Assembly (NCBI GenBank): GCA_036785375.1
Contig: JAWMAR010000148.1
Span: 3,162,001 to 3,226,000, forward strand
DNA from: Leucoraja ocellata
Lineage: Eukaryota
Length of the DNA: 64,000 nucleotides
Direction: 5' to 3'
The notes below the pieces were generated by a model. That model ran no database searches, was not told the origin of the DNA, and was given only the letters and a program-made list of their open reading frames with translations. Below are positions 10,916-23,479 of this stretch, piece after piece (the stretch's first letter is position 1; each line of letters begins with the position of its first letter). The position numbers and the translations under genes are program-made.

Positions 10916-11646
10916 CAGTGCCCTCCATAATGTTTGGGACAAAGACCCATCATTTATTTATTTGCCTCTGTACTCCACAATTTGAGATTTGTAATAGAAA
11001 AAATCACATGTGGTTAAAGTGCACATTGTCAGATTTTATCAAAGGGTATTTTTATACATTTGCTTTCACCATTTAAATACCCTTAAATAAAATCTCACAA
11101 TGTGCACTTCAAAGTTCAAAGTAAACTTTATTGTCAATTCAAATAAATTGGATTGAAATTGCGTTTCCCCATACTCCAAATGTGCAGGTAATATTTATAA
11201 CACAGACAGACAATATACCAATAAGATAGACAATATACATTATTTAAAATATTCACAGTGTGCCAGACTGTAGTAAAATTTTGAGGTATGTTATTAAAGT
11301 GCAATAATAAAAGTGCAATATAGAAAAGTGCAAATAGCATACTGCAGACATTGAGTTAAAGTTAAATGTTCATGGAATTTTCTTGATTGTGTTGAGTAAT
11401 CTGACGGCCTGAGGGAAAAAGCTGTTTTTGAATCTGGTGGTTTTGCTCCGCATGCTGCGGTAGCGCTTGCCAGATGGTAGGAGAGTGAACAGTTTGTGTG
11501 CTGGGTGGGTGGTGTCTTTGATGATATTGGTTGCTCTCTTGCGACACTTTAACCACATGTAATTTTCTTTCTATTACAAATCTCAAATTGTGGAGTACAG
11601 AGGCAAATAAATAAATAATGGGTCTTTGTCCCAAGCATTATGGAGG
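10916..11646. mobile_element. Tc1/mariner MITE with long TIRs, split by a Rex1 insertion
   Basis: ta|cagtgccctccataatgtttgggacaaagaccc...; inverted copy ...gggtctttgtcccaagcattatggagg at 11545-11646. Confidence 0.82.
11109..11545 (-). mobile_element. Rex1/Babar LINE 3' end nested in the Tc1 MITE
   Basis: ORF 11370..11558: IIKDTTHPAHKLFTLLPSGKRYRS...RFKNSFFPQAVRLLN; tail near 11110-11135. Confidence 0.85.
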
Positions 11647-12196
11647 TGAAAGGGGATGGAGGGTCAGGATAGTGGGTGAAATGGGTGCACTAAATATTTT
11701 TGCATGGGCTCCCACAGACTGCAGGAGAGTAAGTCCGGAGAGTCGCAGGCCCTGATGTTTCATGCATTGCTGCTTTTATTGTGCTTATTTATGTTCTCTT
11801 GTCAGTACAGTTATCCCCTCATGGTCAGACCTCAGAATACCCACCCTTCATTTTGGCTTGACTGCAGCAAACATGAGATCTGGGCTGGATCGAGAATAAT
11901 AAGTTTCCTTTTTGTCAGGATTTTCAGGCAACCTTTGCCATTATATTATCCTTGGAGAAGAGCATGTTGAAAAATACTTTTTTGATAATGGGCTGCATAT
12001 ATAAATAGCTTATTGAAATGTTGGCAATTGTCACTGGTATAAATTGCTAAAATATAAGATTGTCATCAATTAGACAAGCTTAGTTGCATTTAAACTGTAT
12101 TGATCCAAACTAGGTGTTTGCTAAAGCATTAATGACCTTACACTCTCACTTGAATACTTGTTCATTGATTAACTGGATTAATAATATATTTTGCAG

Positions 12197-12368
12197 ACAA
12201 TTCATCATTTGAAGCATCTCAGTGGCCGTCGCAGGTCCTCAGTCCTGACTGCCCATATGGAAGTTTTGCCAAACCAGCTTGGATCGCATGAAGTCCACAG
12301 ACAAATATCGCATTATGCTAATGCACTATGTCACTTCCATATTGCGGCAAGCATTAATCCGAATACAG
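12197..12368 (+). CDS. DMXL2: DMXL2 coding exon (TIHHLKHLSGRRRSS...FHIAASINPNT)
   Basis: cag| ... acag|gttgga; 172 nt. Confidence 0.93.
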
Positions 12369-12815
12369 GTTGGAATCAATAGAACTTACTCATTTTTCCA
12401 AGTTAAGGTAATCTAAGTTATTTAAATACAAACTGACAAATCAAAGGTAAAAATAACTTTCAGTTTAGAAATTCATCTGGCTATTTTAAGAGCAACTCCT
12501 GTGGGGTAGATTGAAAACCATGCAATGTCAGCTTTCTGGCCCAACGGCATAAAATTCCCTCCTGATGTTTTATCTTCAATTACTTTGAAAAGTCCGAGGT
12601 TCAAGTTTCCATTCAGGTAGGGCCTTAATTTAAACCGTAAAGCCACAATCTGTTGACTTGTGCAGCAACATTATTTGGGAAGATGTCAGTCTGGTGTGAT
12701 ATTCTCCAACTAAATCTGATGTGTTGTCACAGTTATGTCAGAATAGGCCACTTAAGGAATATTTCTATTCTTCAGTAAGGCTCTTTAGGTACCAGGTAGA
12801 ATACAGGACTGCTTT

Positions 12816-12908
12816 CCTTCTCTCCAGAGATGCTGCCTGTCCCGCTGAGTTACTCCAGCATTTTGTGTCTACCTTCGATTTAAACCAGCATCTGCAGTTC
12901 TTTCCTAC
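12816..12908 (+). mobile_element. Penelope-derived 3' terminal insert with 13-bp TSD
   Basis: acaggactgcttt at 12803-12815 and 12909-12921. Confidence 0.8.
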
Positions 12909-14108
12909 ACAGGACTGCTTTTGCTGATTTCCTACGCCGACCTTTCCCCTTCCTCCTGATAATCAATGTCTTTCACATATGTCCTTTTTCAGTAGAGATT
13001 AATACAGTGCTTCTCTTACTCCAACTGCAATCACCTCTCATTCCAATTCTACCTTTATCCCGTATCTAGTTCCTGTCTGCCAGCATTGACATTCTTGCCA
13101 GCTTTGACTGGAGCACAACTTCAGAAATTAATAAACGACTTGGTAGATCATTTGAATATTCCACATTCTTGTTAAAAGTGTTGTGATATTCTAATAAACT
13201 CTTGATATTTCAAGTAATAAACTCTTTTTACTGAGCTGAAATTTCAGATTTTACTTTTGGAAGTTACTGAAGTGACAATTGAGGAAAAATTATTTCTACT
13301 CTATAGAATTCACTTCTGAAATCTCTGACTGTTTTCATAGATTCTCTCAGTTTGGTGAAAACCTAATAAATTACTGTAAATTCAGTTAGGCTTTGGACTT
13401 GTGGCATATTTTAGGTATGAGATTGTAGCAATTAATCATTTATGTGTCTATAAAAAAATTCCTCATGTAATACTCGTGGGTGTGTGAGTGGGTAGAGAGG
13501 GGTGGAAAAACTCCTCAAGACAAGATTTTCTACCTTCAGCGAAGGGCCATAAAAGTGACACTGGTCTTTAAGGTATTTGACACACTTGGTTGAGTGTAAT
13601 TAAACTTGTGCTCACCTATAAGTTGAGGCTGGAGTTGAAGAAGAATCCATGGAAATGGAGCCGGAAATCTTTGTGGGTATGATCCGCACAACCAATGTCT
13701 GACTCAATGGCCATGCTGATTTGGATCTGGTGTTCTTAATACTGGTGTTACAAAGTTTTGTAACCCAGTTTTTGACAGAAAATTGCAAAGGAACTGTGCA
13801 TGTTTTATCTAGCTATGAAATAATTATCTTCAAGAAAGGTATCTTGAGGTTAATTAAAATACACATAGAAATGCACTTTTATTTCTCTGGCCTTTTTTTT
13901 AGAAAATATATTTAATTTGAAAATGCTTTGAAAGCATTTGCTTAAATGAAACAAGCAAAATGCAGCTGCGTTCAAAATATATTCAATTGTTCCGTTGATT
14001 TAATACTTCAGTTTGATTGAATGCAAAATGCAATTTAGATGGAGATAAATATATTTCTCGGTTTGATGTTGCACTTGAGGAAGCTAATAGTTCAATTGTT
14101 ATGCACAG

Positions 14109-14315
14109 ATATTCCACCAGCACTAGCTGGAACAGCTTTCAACATCGAAGAAGGTGGTGGAAATTTTGTCGTTCATTGGCTGAACAACAAAGAACTCCAT
14201 TTTACATCCTCTATTGAAATATTCATGGAGCATCTAAGGAAACTCACAGATCATCAGATGGAGGATGAGTTCGACATTGCCAGTCAGAATGGATTGAGAT
14301 TGAAACTAGATACTG
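14109..14315 (+). CDS. DMXL2: DMXL2 coding exon (DIPPALAGTAFN...FVVHWLNNKELHFT...LKLDT)
   Basis: cag| ... actg|gtgagc; 207 nt. Confidence 0.92.
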
Positions 14316-17206
14316 GTGAGCATAGCAAGTAGTAAGTAGTGTTGTACATTGTGCATAATTTGATCTATAGTAGGATTTGTTCTTTCTAAGAAATGTATTT
14401 TGATGATGTTGGATAAGACATTGGCCTTAATTTTGTTTTGTTTCTGTCCATGCACTTGCCCACCAAGGGAGACCTTTATGGCCATGCTGATTTGGATTTG
14501 GTTGTCTTAATGTTGCTCTTGCAAAATCTCCAAACTTGGTTCTTACCAGAAAATTGCAAAAGAATCGTGCAATATATTGTGCATGCTCTATGAGAAATTA
14601 AATAAGTTTAAGAAAAGAATCTCGTGGTTAATTAAAATACATCTTCAAGAAGGAACGAAATGGCGCACTTTTTTAATAATGTGTATAAGAATGGAAAACA
14701 TTTAATTTTTTTGTGAACCACATAATTTCTATTGATTGGTTAAAGTTGTTCCCAGTCCTTTCACAACTATTATTGCTTGTGTTTGCAATGTTATTTGGTC
14801 AGAAGTAATCATCAATAAAGTGTCTCTATATTCCCACGTAATGCATAACTTAAACTTTAGCTGAGCATCCCCTGGTTATTAATCTATCACTCATTTTCTG
14901 GGCCAGGTAACTTAGTGATCCTGTGAGTTCTGAGTTATTCATAATGTTTTCATCTCTTATTCCATGGGAGTAGTTTGGCTAAGCTTGTATTGCAACAATC
15001 ACGAGCCTCTTTTGCTTTCATGCTCCAGGTCTAGAGCTGGATGTTCAATATTCTTGCCCTGCATGATTCAATGATCAAACTGAATGCATGGAGTTTTCAG
15101 TAAGAGCTAAAATGCTGGAGAGGCAGCAAACAATCTTATAAATAATTTTGAACACATTATTTTCAAACTTTATCGCTTGAAATTAGAAAATGTATTGTTT
15201 TGAATGCAATATTAAGTCTTGGTGGAGTAATAGAAATGTAGAAAAGATATCCTAGATCTGGCAGAAGATTTGCACTCAAAAACCCTGGGAGTAAATGGTA
15301 GGATTTACGTTCTATTAATCTGAATGCTGTGTTTGAAGATGCTTAATATAAGTGATTAAGGACAGAGCCTACATCATCAAATGCCGTCTCTAAACTGCAT
15401 CACAAACCTCAAAAACGATTCGGTTCACCATGCCTATCACTAATCTTCCAACTGTCTTTGTCAATCAGGACCTGTACATATGTTCATATGCTTTGCTCAG
15501 CTCCCTCTCACTTAATAACTATTGCAGACTCCTGTCACGAATATCAGCTTGCACACATCCAGTTATCTAACCAACCATCCAGCCACTCAACCTATTTTGC
15601 AACACTCACTGATTATGGACCTCTTCCCTAATATCCAAACATATCAAAGCCAGCATGTTACCTGTATCAGAAGATGCCAAGCATGCCATTAAAAAAAAAT
15701 AATTTTTTAGTATGATTTTGTCAACATTGCTGATTTTGATGCATCTGCTGCTGCAGCCGTTCAAGATAATTGCAGCAAATTCTCCAACTCGCATCCTATT
15801 TTACCTCCTTTCACAGACCTTTCTGATATCTACATCAGAAGCGTGCACTTCTCACTTACCCCATTCCTTGTCCCCTTCAGACTGCCAGGAACTGCTGCCT
15901 GGCCAAAGAATGTAGGCACAGTGGCTTGATTCGCACTTGCAACCTATAGTCAGATAGGCACGGCATGTCATTTCAGATATATTACGAAGATGATGAGACA
16001 ATGGAAATGAAGCTTTAAAGCTATGGCAGACGCAAAGCTAATCTGAATATTAATGTTGCAGAGAGTAAGGTCATGCAGGTTGCACTTTGGCCAACCCTAA
16101 TGAGGATTTTAATGGAGCATTCTCCATTTAAAAAATAAAAAAAAAGTGGGAGCTATGTCAAACTAAATGCTTGGTGTTGAGAGGCCAGCCAGGAGGTGTA
16201 TCATCCATATCAAGGAGTGTGAAGTTCATTTCAGAGCATGGAATCCATCTCATGCAGTGTGAAAGTGGTGGTGAACTCAGTTTGTGTACCAGTGAACTAA
16301 TTTGTAGAACATTGCTGAAGTTATAAATTCCCATGCCATATAAAAAGTAGCCACCAAATGTTTGACTTCTATATTGTGGCAGAGCTGGCATGAAATGTAT
16401 GCGTTTGGTCAGTAGTATGCATATGACCTCCTGGGTCTCCAATCCTGAAGGGTCATATTCTACGGCTGCTGTGGGTGCACCAGTGGTTCAGATTTCAGTG
16501 AAGCTCCTTGATAAATGTCTTTAATTCTTCATTGAGACAGATTAGGGCATTTGTTCACTGATTACATTAGGCAGTTATGGCTTGGAGTGCCTTCCTCTTC
16601 CTCGCAGCCTCCCTCATCGAGCAGATTGTTTTCTTTGAACATCCTCTATTTACACATAAAATATATCCAAACTAGTGAATGGATTATGCGTGCCTTGAAT
16701 GTCCTTCATTATTTTCACATTATTTTCCTTGTACAATAATTCATCTTTACATAATGACAAAAAGCCCAAAACACTTATAGAATTGAAGCATCAACCATTA
16801 GATGTCAACTAGCAATCAACCAGTAAATAGTTGATCATTCCATTAAACAGCAGCGGTTGCTTGCAACTTAATATGTATTCAGCAGTGCAAAGTGAAGAGA
16901 GGTGCATGAACTTGAAATGGAACTCATATGCTTGTGTTGATGTAAAATCACTTCTTCCACACAGTTGACAGGGTAATCTGCCTGCTCTGCATACTTCTGA
17001 TGGATGACTGTATCATTATAGCAATTTAGCAATTCACAGCAGAAGTGCGCATCAAACTATTTTGACACCCAAATAACAATCACTTGCTTTGTACATCATG
17101 TTAGATGTGGTTAAAAATAAATGGAATCAATGAAAATATTTACATTTTTATTATGTCAAAGTTTTTTTACACAGCAGTAATTCCAGATTTTAGAGCAGTA
17201 TTAAAG

Positions 17207-18070
17207 TAGGTATGTTACAAACCCTACCTGAATCGTCATTGGGAATCTGCCCTCAGCCATGTCGGCGATTTTGGCGCTGTTTGGAGGGGGCGGGTTTAAA
17301 ACGCGATTTTTACTAGGCTGTACTAATCGCACATGTTCAGCCTAGTAAATCATTAACGAAAAATCGCTGCAAGACCCGGTCGCAAAAGGTATTATTAGTT
17401 TTATAGGCCTCGATAATATAGTTATAATAGTTTTAAAATTACTCTCTGATTTCGCAACCTCTCGCAGCCCCAGGGTTTTATAAAGCAAACAATTAAAGGT
17501 ATGTACCTTATTTTTACATTAAATGGGGCATATATATAACCCTGAATATCAAATTATCTATAACGAATAGTTCATTTTGGGCTTTTTATATCCCGCAGTA
17601 TTTTTCTCGGCATTTGAGGGCACTAATCCAGCGCTATGTCAACGTTCTAAACCAGCGCGTTCCACATGAACCCACTAGAAAGCCGATTTAAATGGGCATT
17701 TATTTACAGCAATTGAACACTAAATTCCTTCCATTTGGCCTATAAATTAATGTAAATTAGATATAAAAATCATGTTATATTGTGAATTATTTGTGAATAA
17801 TCTTTGGACACTTAGGCTATTTAAAAATGTTAATCTTTCCTTAAGAAATGGGCGTTTGACTATCCAAGATCACAGCTTTTTTGTAATGTCCATTGAAAAT
17901 CAATAGGGAACAAGATGCTAATTTCCGAGTATGAAAATGATCATAAACTTTTTTAATACTTGAGATATGAAAGTGAATTTGGTGTCAAATTAAACTTATT
18001 GTTATGCTTTATCTGATGGGATAAATTGCAGACTTGATTTTTTAAATCTCAAAATTTTGTAACATTGCTA
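17207..18070. mobile_element. Complete non-autonomous DNA transposon (864 bp)
   Basis: TIRs taggtatgttacaaa / tttgtaacattgcta (13/15 match); attaaag at 17200-17206 and 18071-18077. Confidence 0.78.
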
Positions 18071-18087
18071 ATTAAAGTCCCCGTAAT

Positions 18088-18530
18088 TCGTAAGTCTAGG
18101 AGCAGTATTAGGCCATTCAGCCCATTGAGTCTACACTGCCATTCAATCGTGGTTGACCTATCTTTGTCTCACAGCATCATTCACCTGTTTTCTCCCCATA
18201 ACCTTGATGGACTTGCTAAGCAAGAATCTGTCAATCTCTGCCTTAAAATACTTTTTTTGCTGTCCATCACAGTGAGGAGGTGCCTGGAGGAGAGTCACTA
18301 TGATGGATGATTGTGTTCATTGTGTTTTGTGTTGCTTTTTTACTGTTATGACTGCATGGTTCAAACTTGTTTTTGAATGACAATGACATTCAAAAATACA
18401 AAAAAAATAAAGAAATTCAAATTAAATTCAAAAGTACCAAATGAATTGGCCTCCACAGTTGTCTGGCAATGAATTCCACAGATTCACCACCCTCAGACTA
18501 AAGACATTTCTCCTCATCTCCTTTCAAAAG
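18088..18530 (-). mobile_element. CR1 LINE 3' fragment with internal insert (~18250-18430)
   Basis: ggagcagtattaggccattcagccc... and gaattccacagattcaccaccctc blocks. Confidence 0.65.
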
Positions 18531-18657
18531 GTACAATGTCTCAGATTGTGGAACACATTAGAGATCGAAACAGCAAATAAATGTTTAGTGGAAAGTGCAC
18601 CGAGCTTGGCTGAAATCCTGGGTTGAGTAAAACTGGTTTATCTCAATTTTGTCACAG

Positions 18658-18920
18658 AACCAGAAGAGACTTCAGAGAAGGGATCAGAGTATGAATCAGA
18701 AGAGGCTGAACAAGATGGGAGAACCAAAGTATCTTCACTGTCCTATGCTGGAGTTCCACTGCCCACCGTTTTGCTCGATCGAAAAATTGAAACGCTGCAA
18801 ACCGAGTGGAACAAGAATGCTGATATGCTGTTTACAATCCATCCTATAGATGGTTCATTTTTGGTCTGGCATGTGAAATATTTGGATGAATACCATCCTG
18901 GAATATTTAGACAAGTCCAG
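18658..18920 (+). CDS. DMXL2: DMXL2 coding exon (...PLPTVLLDRKIETLQTEWNKNADMLF...GIFRQVQ)
   Basis: cag| ... cag|gtatag; 263 nt; this frame is not shown in the ORF track. Confidence 0.92.
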
Positions 18921-18984
18921 GTATAGACAAAATACCTTAAATTATATTTTATATATTGTGCTTGCATGTGTGAAGTTTTATCCA

Positions 18985-19356
18985 ATGTTAGAGGTATATA
19001 AAATCATGAAAGGAATAGATGGGGTAAATGCACATAATATTTTCCCCAACGTAGGGGAATCTAAAACTAGAGAGCATAAGTTTAACACGAGATGGGATAG
19101 GTTTAATAGGAACATGAGGGGCAACGTATTCATGCAGAGGGTGCTGCATATATGGAATGAGCTGCCAGAGGAAGTTGTTGAAGGTACAATAACATTTGAA
19201 AGGCATTTGGATATATACATGGATAGGAAAGTTTTTAGAGGGATATGGGACAAACACTGGCAAATGGGACAAACTAAGACGAGGCACCTTGGTCGGCATG
19301 GATGAGTTGGGCCGAATGGCCTATTTCCATGCTGTCTGACTCTGACTATAACTCTA
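18985..19356 (+). mobile_element. CR1 LINE 3' end
   Basis: ORF 18886..19305: EVYKIMKGID...FMQRVLHIWNELPEEVVE; tail gggccgaatggcctatttcc plus gactct repeats. Confidence 0.85.
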
Positions 19357-19970
19357 CATGCCCATAAAGCGTAGATTTGTTGTGCATAATGATGATATGA
19401 TAGTATTGGGAGCCAAGTCATTGCTTTCTTTATTTTGTCCTCGGGCAGAGTTCGACTAATAAACTTACGACTTTCAGTTGCAGCTTTCAAAAGTTGAATC
19501 CTTATAAAAGTTGAATCCTTTGGCCAGGAGAAGTTATCATTTCTTATTTTTTTTCATGGTGTGAGAATGTATTTAATTCTTATATAAATTGAATCGTATA
19601 AATCTTACTTTAGCAATCTTGTGAACAATGAACACCTATTTCTGCATAGTCATTCATAACGTTTTTCCAACTGAGATAATGTAAGCTGCAGATATAAATG
19701 TCTGCTGAGCAAAGTAATTTGCTCATTTGGATGTCAAAACAACAAATAAAATTTGCTGCTTTAGAAATCATCTTCTGACCATGTTACGTATGTTTTGCTC
19801 AGAGCCACTAACTCTTCTGGTCAGTTTGGTTCCCTTGTGGGGTCTTTGGTCACCTCTTAATGCTTTTATTATGTCAGGAGGTTTATTGTAAATTATTGTT
19901 TTTTTCTAGGCAGGAACATTTTCAAATTCTGTTGAAGTAGAAAAAATATCTAATTCTTTTTGTATTTTAG

Positions 19971-20625
19971 GTTGCATTTTCATCACGGATTCCTGTTGCT
20001 TTTCCTACTGGTGATGCCAACTCGCTCAGCAGAAATATAATGATGTATGCATGCACTGCCACAAATGCTAAATACCAACCTGATAATGATTCAAAAATTA
20101 ATGGATTGACCCATTGTTTGAATAGTTCAAAATTAAATATTGCCATTCCATCAGTTATGATGATTTCAAAACACATTGACGGATCGCTGAATCAATGGGC
20201 AGTAACTTTTGCTGAAGAATCCGCCTTTAGCACTGTTCTGATTGTGTCTCACAAGTTCAGATATTGTGGCCATCGTTTTCACCTAAATGATTTGGCATGC
20301 CATTCAGTGCTGCCCTTGCTGTTGACTTCTTCACATCACAATGCTCTCATGACTCCCGAAATTGACGTTGTTAAAGAAAAGATTAAGGTAGAACCTGTGA
20401 AATCCTTAAAAGGCCCAAGAGCGCAACAGGTTAAAAATGCTGCCACACGGACATTTCACGATCCTAATGCCATCTACAGCGAACTGATTCTATGGCGTAT
20501 GGACCCAATAGGACCATTATCGTATTCTGGGGGTGTTTCAGAGTTGGCACGTATCAATTCCCTGCACACTTCAGCCTTTTCAAATGTGGCCTGGCTTCCA
20601 ACATTGATTCCGAGCTACTGCCTTG
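19971..20625 (+). CDS. DMXL2: DMXL2 coding exon (VAFSSRIPVAFP...NVAWLPTLIPSYCL)
   Basis: tag| ... cttg|gtgagt; 655 nt; ORF 20040..20645. Confidence 0.96.
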
Positions 20626-21692
20626 GTGAGTTTGATTTATGCTAGTTTTGATGTAGGTCAAGCATATAATTTGTAAACCAGCACCAGTAGTTCATTGTGT
20701 CTTTATAATCAGTGGTTGTTTGTGCCACATTAGTCAAAAACTAATTGAATCTTGTAATAAGTTATTTAATTCTTGGTAAAACAGAAAATCTGTTGTTAAA
20801 TTAGATCCCAAAGCCCTTTTAGAACGTTTTACTTGTTGACCCGTTGGGCATTACTTTCCCTCACTGACTGTATGCATCAGGATAATATCCGTTTATAACT
20901 TTGCATTTTCTTGAAGTTGGGTATGTCTACACTTTTTAGTTAATAAACATCCAGATATTATGAGAATATCTTTCATCAAGATCCAATAGACCTCGAGAGA
21001 CCTCTATCTTTTCGAGAAAACACAAACAAAGGTTGTAGCCACCAAAATCAAAGCAACATAATGTACAGAAGGTTCCCACACTATAAACATTTCCACGCCA
21101 GGTATGCTTGTAAGATTCATGTGACAGGTGTTATGTTGTGGACTTGTATCCATAGGAAATTGGGTTGTGATATCCAAGAATATTTTGTGTAAAGCTAGGT
21201 TCCGTGACTTGAGACTGGATTCTATTCTGGATCCTAAAGACTAAAAGATAGCGAAGGCATCTCCAGGGTGTCATCTAGTCCCAATGTGTCCATGTAGTAT
21301 AAATGGACAAACAGTATAAACAAAGATTGGTGCAAGCAAGAATTATTAATATTAATTTCATTTGTTAAAGCAATGTCTCAAAAACATGGTCCAAGGGATT
21401 ATGTTTCAGGAACTTTTCTTGGCTGTTGACCGTTTTCTTATCTTGTAAATATAACAGTTGTCATTAATATTATTGAAATTGTGCATTTGTAGCAAACCCG
21501 TTGATGTTATGCCATAACTGATGTTGCTTGCTCATTGACTGTACAACCAGGAATGTTGTTTCTGTCTAATAAATAAGGATGGAACAGCATTTGTTACGTT
21601 ACTGAACTGGTAATGCAGAAACCTGATGTGACCATCAGCTGGGGAGTTGCATTTTATGGGAATTTAAAAGTAATTGTGGTCAAGAAAGTATT

Positions 21693-21907
21693 GTTTAGTT
21701 TAGGGATTACGCGGGGAAACAGACCCTTCGGCCCGCCGGGTCCACTCTAAACCAGCAATCCCCGCACATTACCACTATTCTACACACACTAGGAACAATT
21801 TACACATACACCAAGCTAATTAGCCTACATACCAGCACGTCTTTGGAGTGTGGGAGAGAACCAAAGATCTCGGAGAAAACCCACGCGGTCACGGGGAGAA
21901 CGTACAA
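21693..21907 (-). mobile_element. HE1-type V-SINE, 5'-truncated
   Basis: (gttta)n tail; acgtctttggagtgtggga...gaaaacccacgcggtcacggggagaacgtacaa core. Confidence 0.8.
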
Positions 21908-22215
21908 GTTCTGTCCTTTTCATAACTTATGAACCATTATTAAATGGTTCAACAACTTTGCAAATAGGTTCTATGTGGAGATAATTGTGAATTACTTTCC
22001 ATCTTTCCCTAGTTATTCGGAACACCTTATTCAAATGTTCAAGCAAACATTTACTCAATGTTGGCTAACAACACCCATTGTTTCACCCTCTTAATGTAAA
22101 AGGCACCATTAGTGCCAGGCTAAATATTACGTTGCGTTATTAGCTGTGAAATCTTTAACAATCAATAACATAAATAATAATGAAATTATTGTTATTATTC
22201 CATTTTAACCTTTAG

Positions 22216-22337
22216 GCACATACTGCAACTCTGCCAGTGCTTGCTTTGTTGCTTCTGATGGTCAGAATCTCAGACTCTACCAGGCTGTTGTTGATGCTAG
22301 GAAACTTCTGGATGAACTGTCTGATCCAGAAATATCG
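22216..22337 (+). CDS. DMXL2: DMXL2 coding exon (GTYCNSASACFVASDGQNLRLYQAVVDARKLLDELSDPEIS)
   Basis: tag| ... tcg|gtgagt; 122 nt. Confidence 0.95.
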
Positions 22338-22575
22338 GTGAGTTAATGACCATGAAATTGAAAGAAATTGAATTCATGTCATCATAACCGACATAAGATG
22401 TTCCTTAAATAATTTTAATAATATGACTAGTTTTGTGATTTTTTTTTTAAAATGTAAAAGAAATGGGTATTGGGAGGACTCAGAAATTTTGGAAGATGTG
22501 GATTTTAAGACAAATAAGGTGAGGAAACTGGGATGACAATTATTTACGAGGGGAAATGTGGTATCATGGCGACCT

Positions 22576-22730
22576 AGAGCTGTATGGCATGGAAATAGGC
22601 CCTTAGGCCCACTTTGTCCCTGTTGACCAAATGGGCATTCTGGGCTAGTCCCTTTCCCTGCATTGAGCTCATAGCCTCTAAAACCTTCCTATCCAAATTT
22701 CTGTCCAAAAGTCTTTTGAAAGCCATGATT
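22576..22730 (-). mobile_element. CR1 3' fragment
   Basis: ggaaataggcccttaggccca...ccttcctatcc tail block. Confidence 0.6.
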
Positions 22731-23199
22731 GCAAAGTGGAGTGTACAGATGCTGAAGTCGTGGTTACTAATGGTTTGGCAAGGTTGAGGAAAACTCGGGT
22801 TACAGCAATAAAGTGCTGGACTGGGCAGGCGAGAATAGCGGTGTTAATGTAGAAATGTAAACATTCATAACGTATTTTAGATGATATTGTTGGCTTTGGA
22901 ATTCATGAAGGTCCAAGGCCAATAGTTACAGGTGAATGGGACTTACTGAACGTTAAAGTACACAGATAGAGTTTTTGTACGCCAGGAAGGAGAACCCTGA
23001 CATTATAAAGTAGAAATGTGACTAAACCATGGATAAGGATCTCGGTAGTTTATTCACAGAATTGGGTCTGAGAATATGAATTCTATAAAATTCAGCAATA
23101 TATATTATTTTTTTAACAAAGCCCTTGTCATTATTTTTGCATTGCATGTGTTGTGTTTGTAACTGCTGCATGTGATATTTTATTACATAATCTTTGCAG

Positions 23200-23289
23200 A
23201 AACTGGTTGGAGAAGTGTTCAACATAGTAAGCCAGCAATCAACAGCTCGTCCCGGTTGCATTATTGAACTGGATGTAATAACTGCTCAG
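23200..23289 (+). CDS. DMXL2: DMXL2 coding exon (KLVGEVFNIVSQQSTARPGCIIELDVITAQ)
   Basis: cag| ... cag|gttaga; 90 nt. Confidence 0.95.
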
Positions 23290-23479
23290 GTTAGAAATTT
23301 GGACTGGTGTGAAATATGATGTTTTTCACCTTTTTTTGTTTGTGTTAGAACTTCAAATTTACCCTCTTTGGCATCAATGCTAGAGAAATAATCTAATTGT
23401 AAATATAATGTAATAGCTCATCTAAATACTTAAAAGCTATGAGAGTCTCTGACTTCAGTATCATTCTTCAGTGTATTCC

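Noticed and set aside
15380-15960. Very old Penelope-like or LINE coding remnants (also ~31940-32190 and ~33400-33850)
   Set aside because: Only faint motif resemblance; too decayed to classify or delimit by eye.
19488-19520. Tandem duplication aaaagttgaatcctt x2
   Set aside because: Ordinary short slippage duplication with no inserted sequence or further structure.
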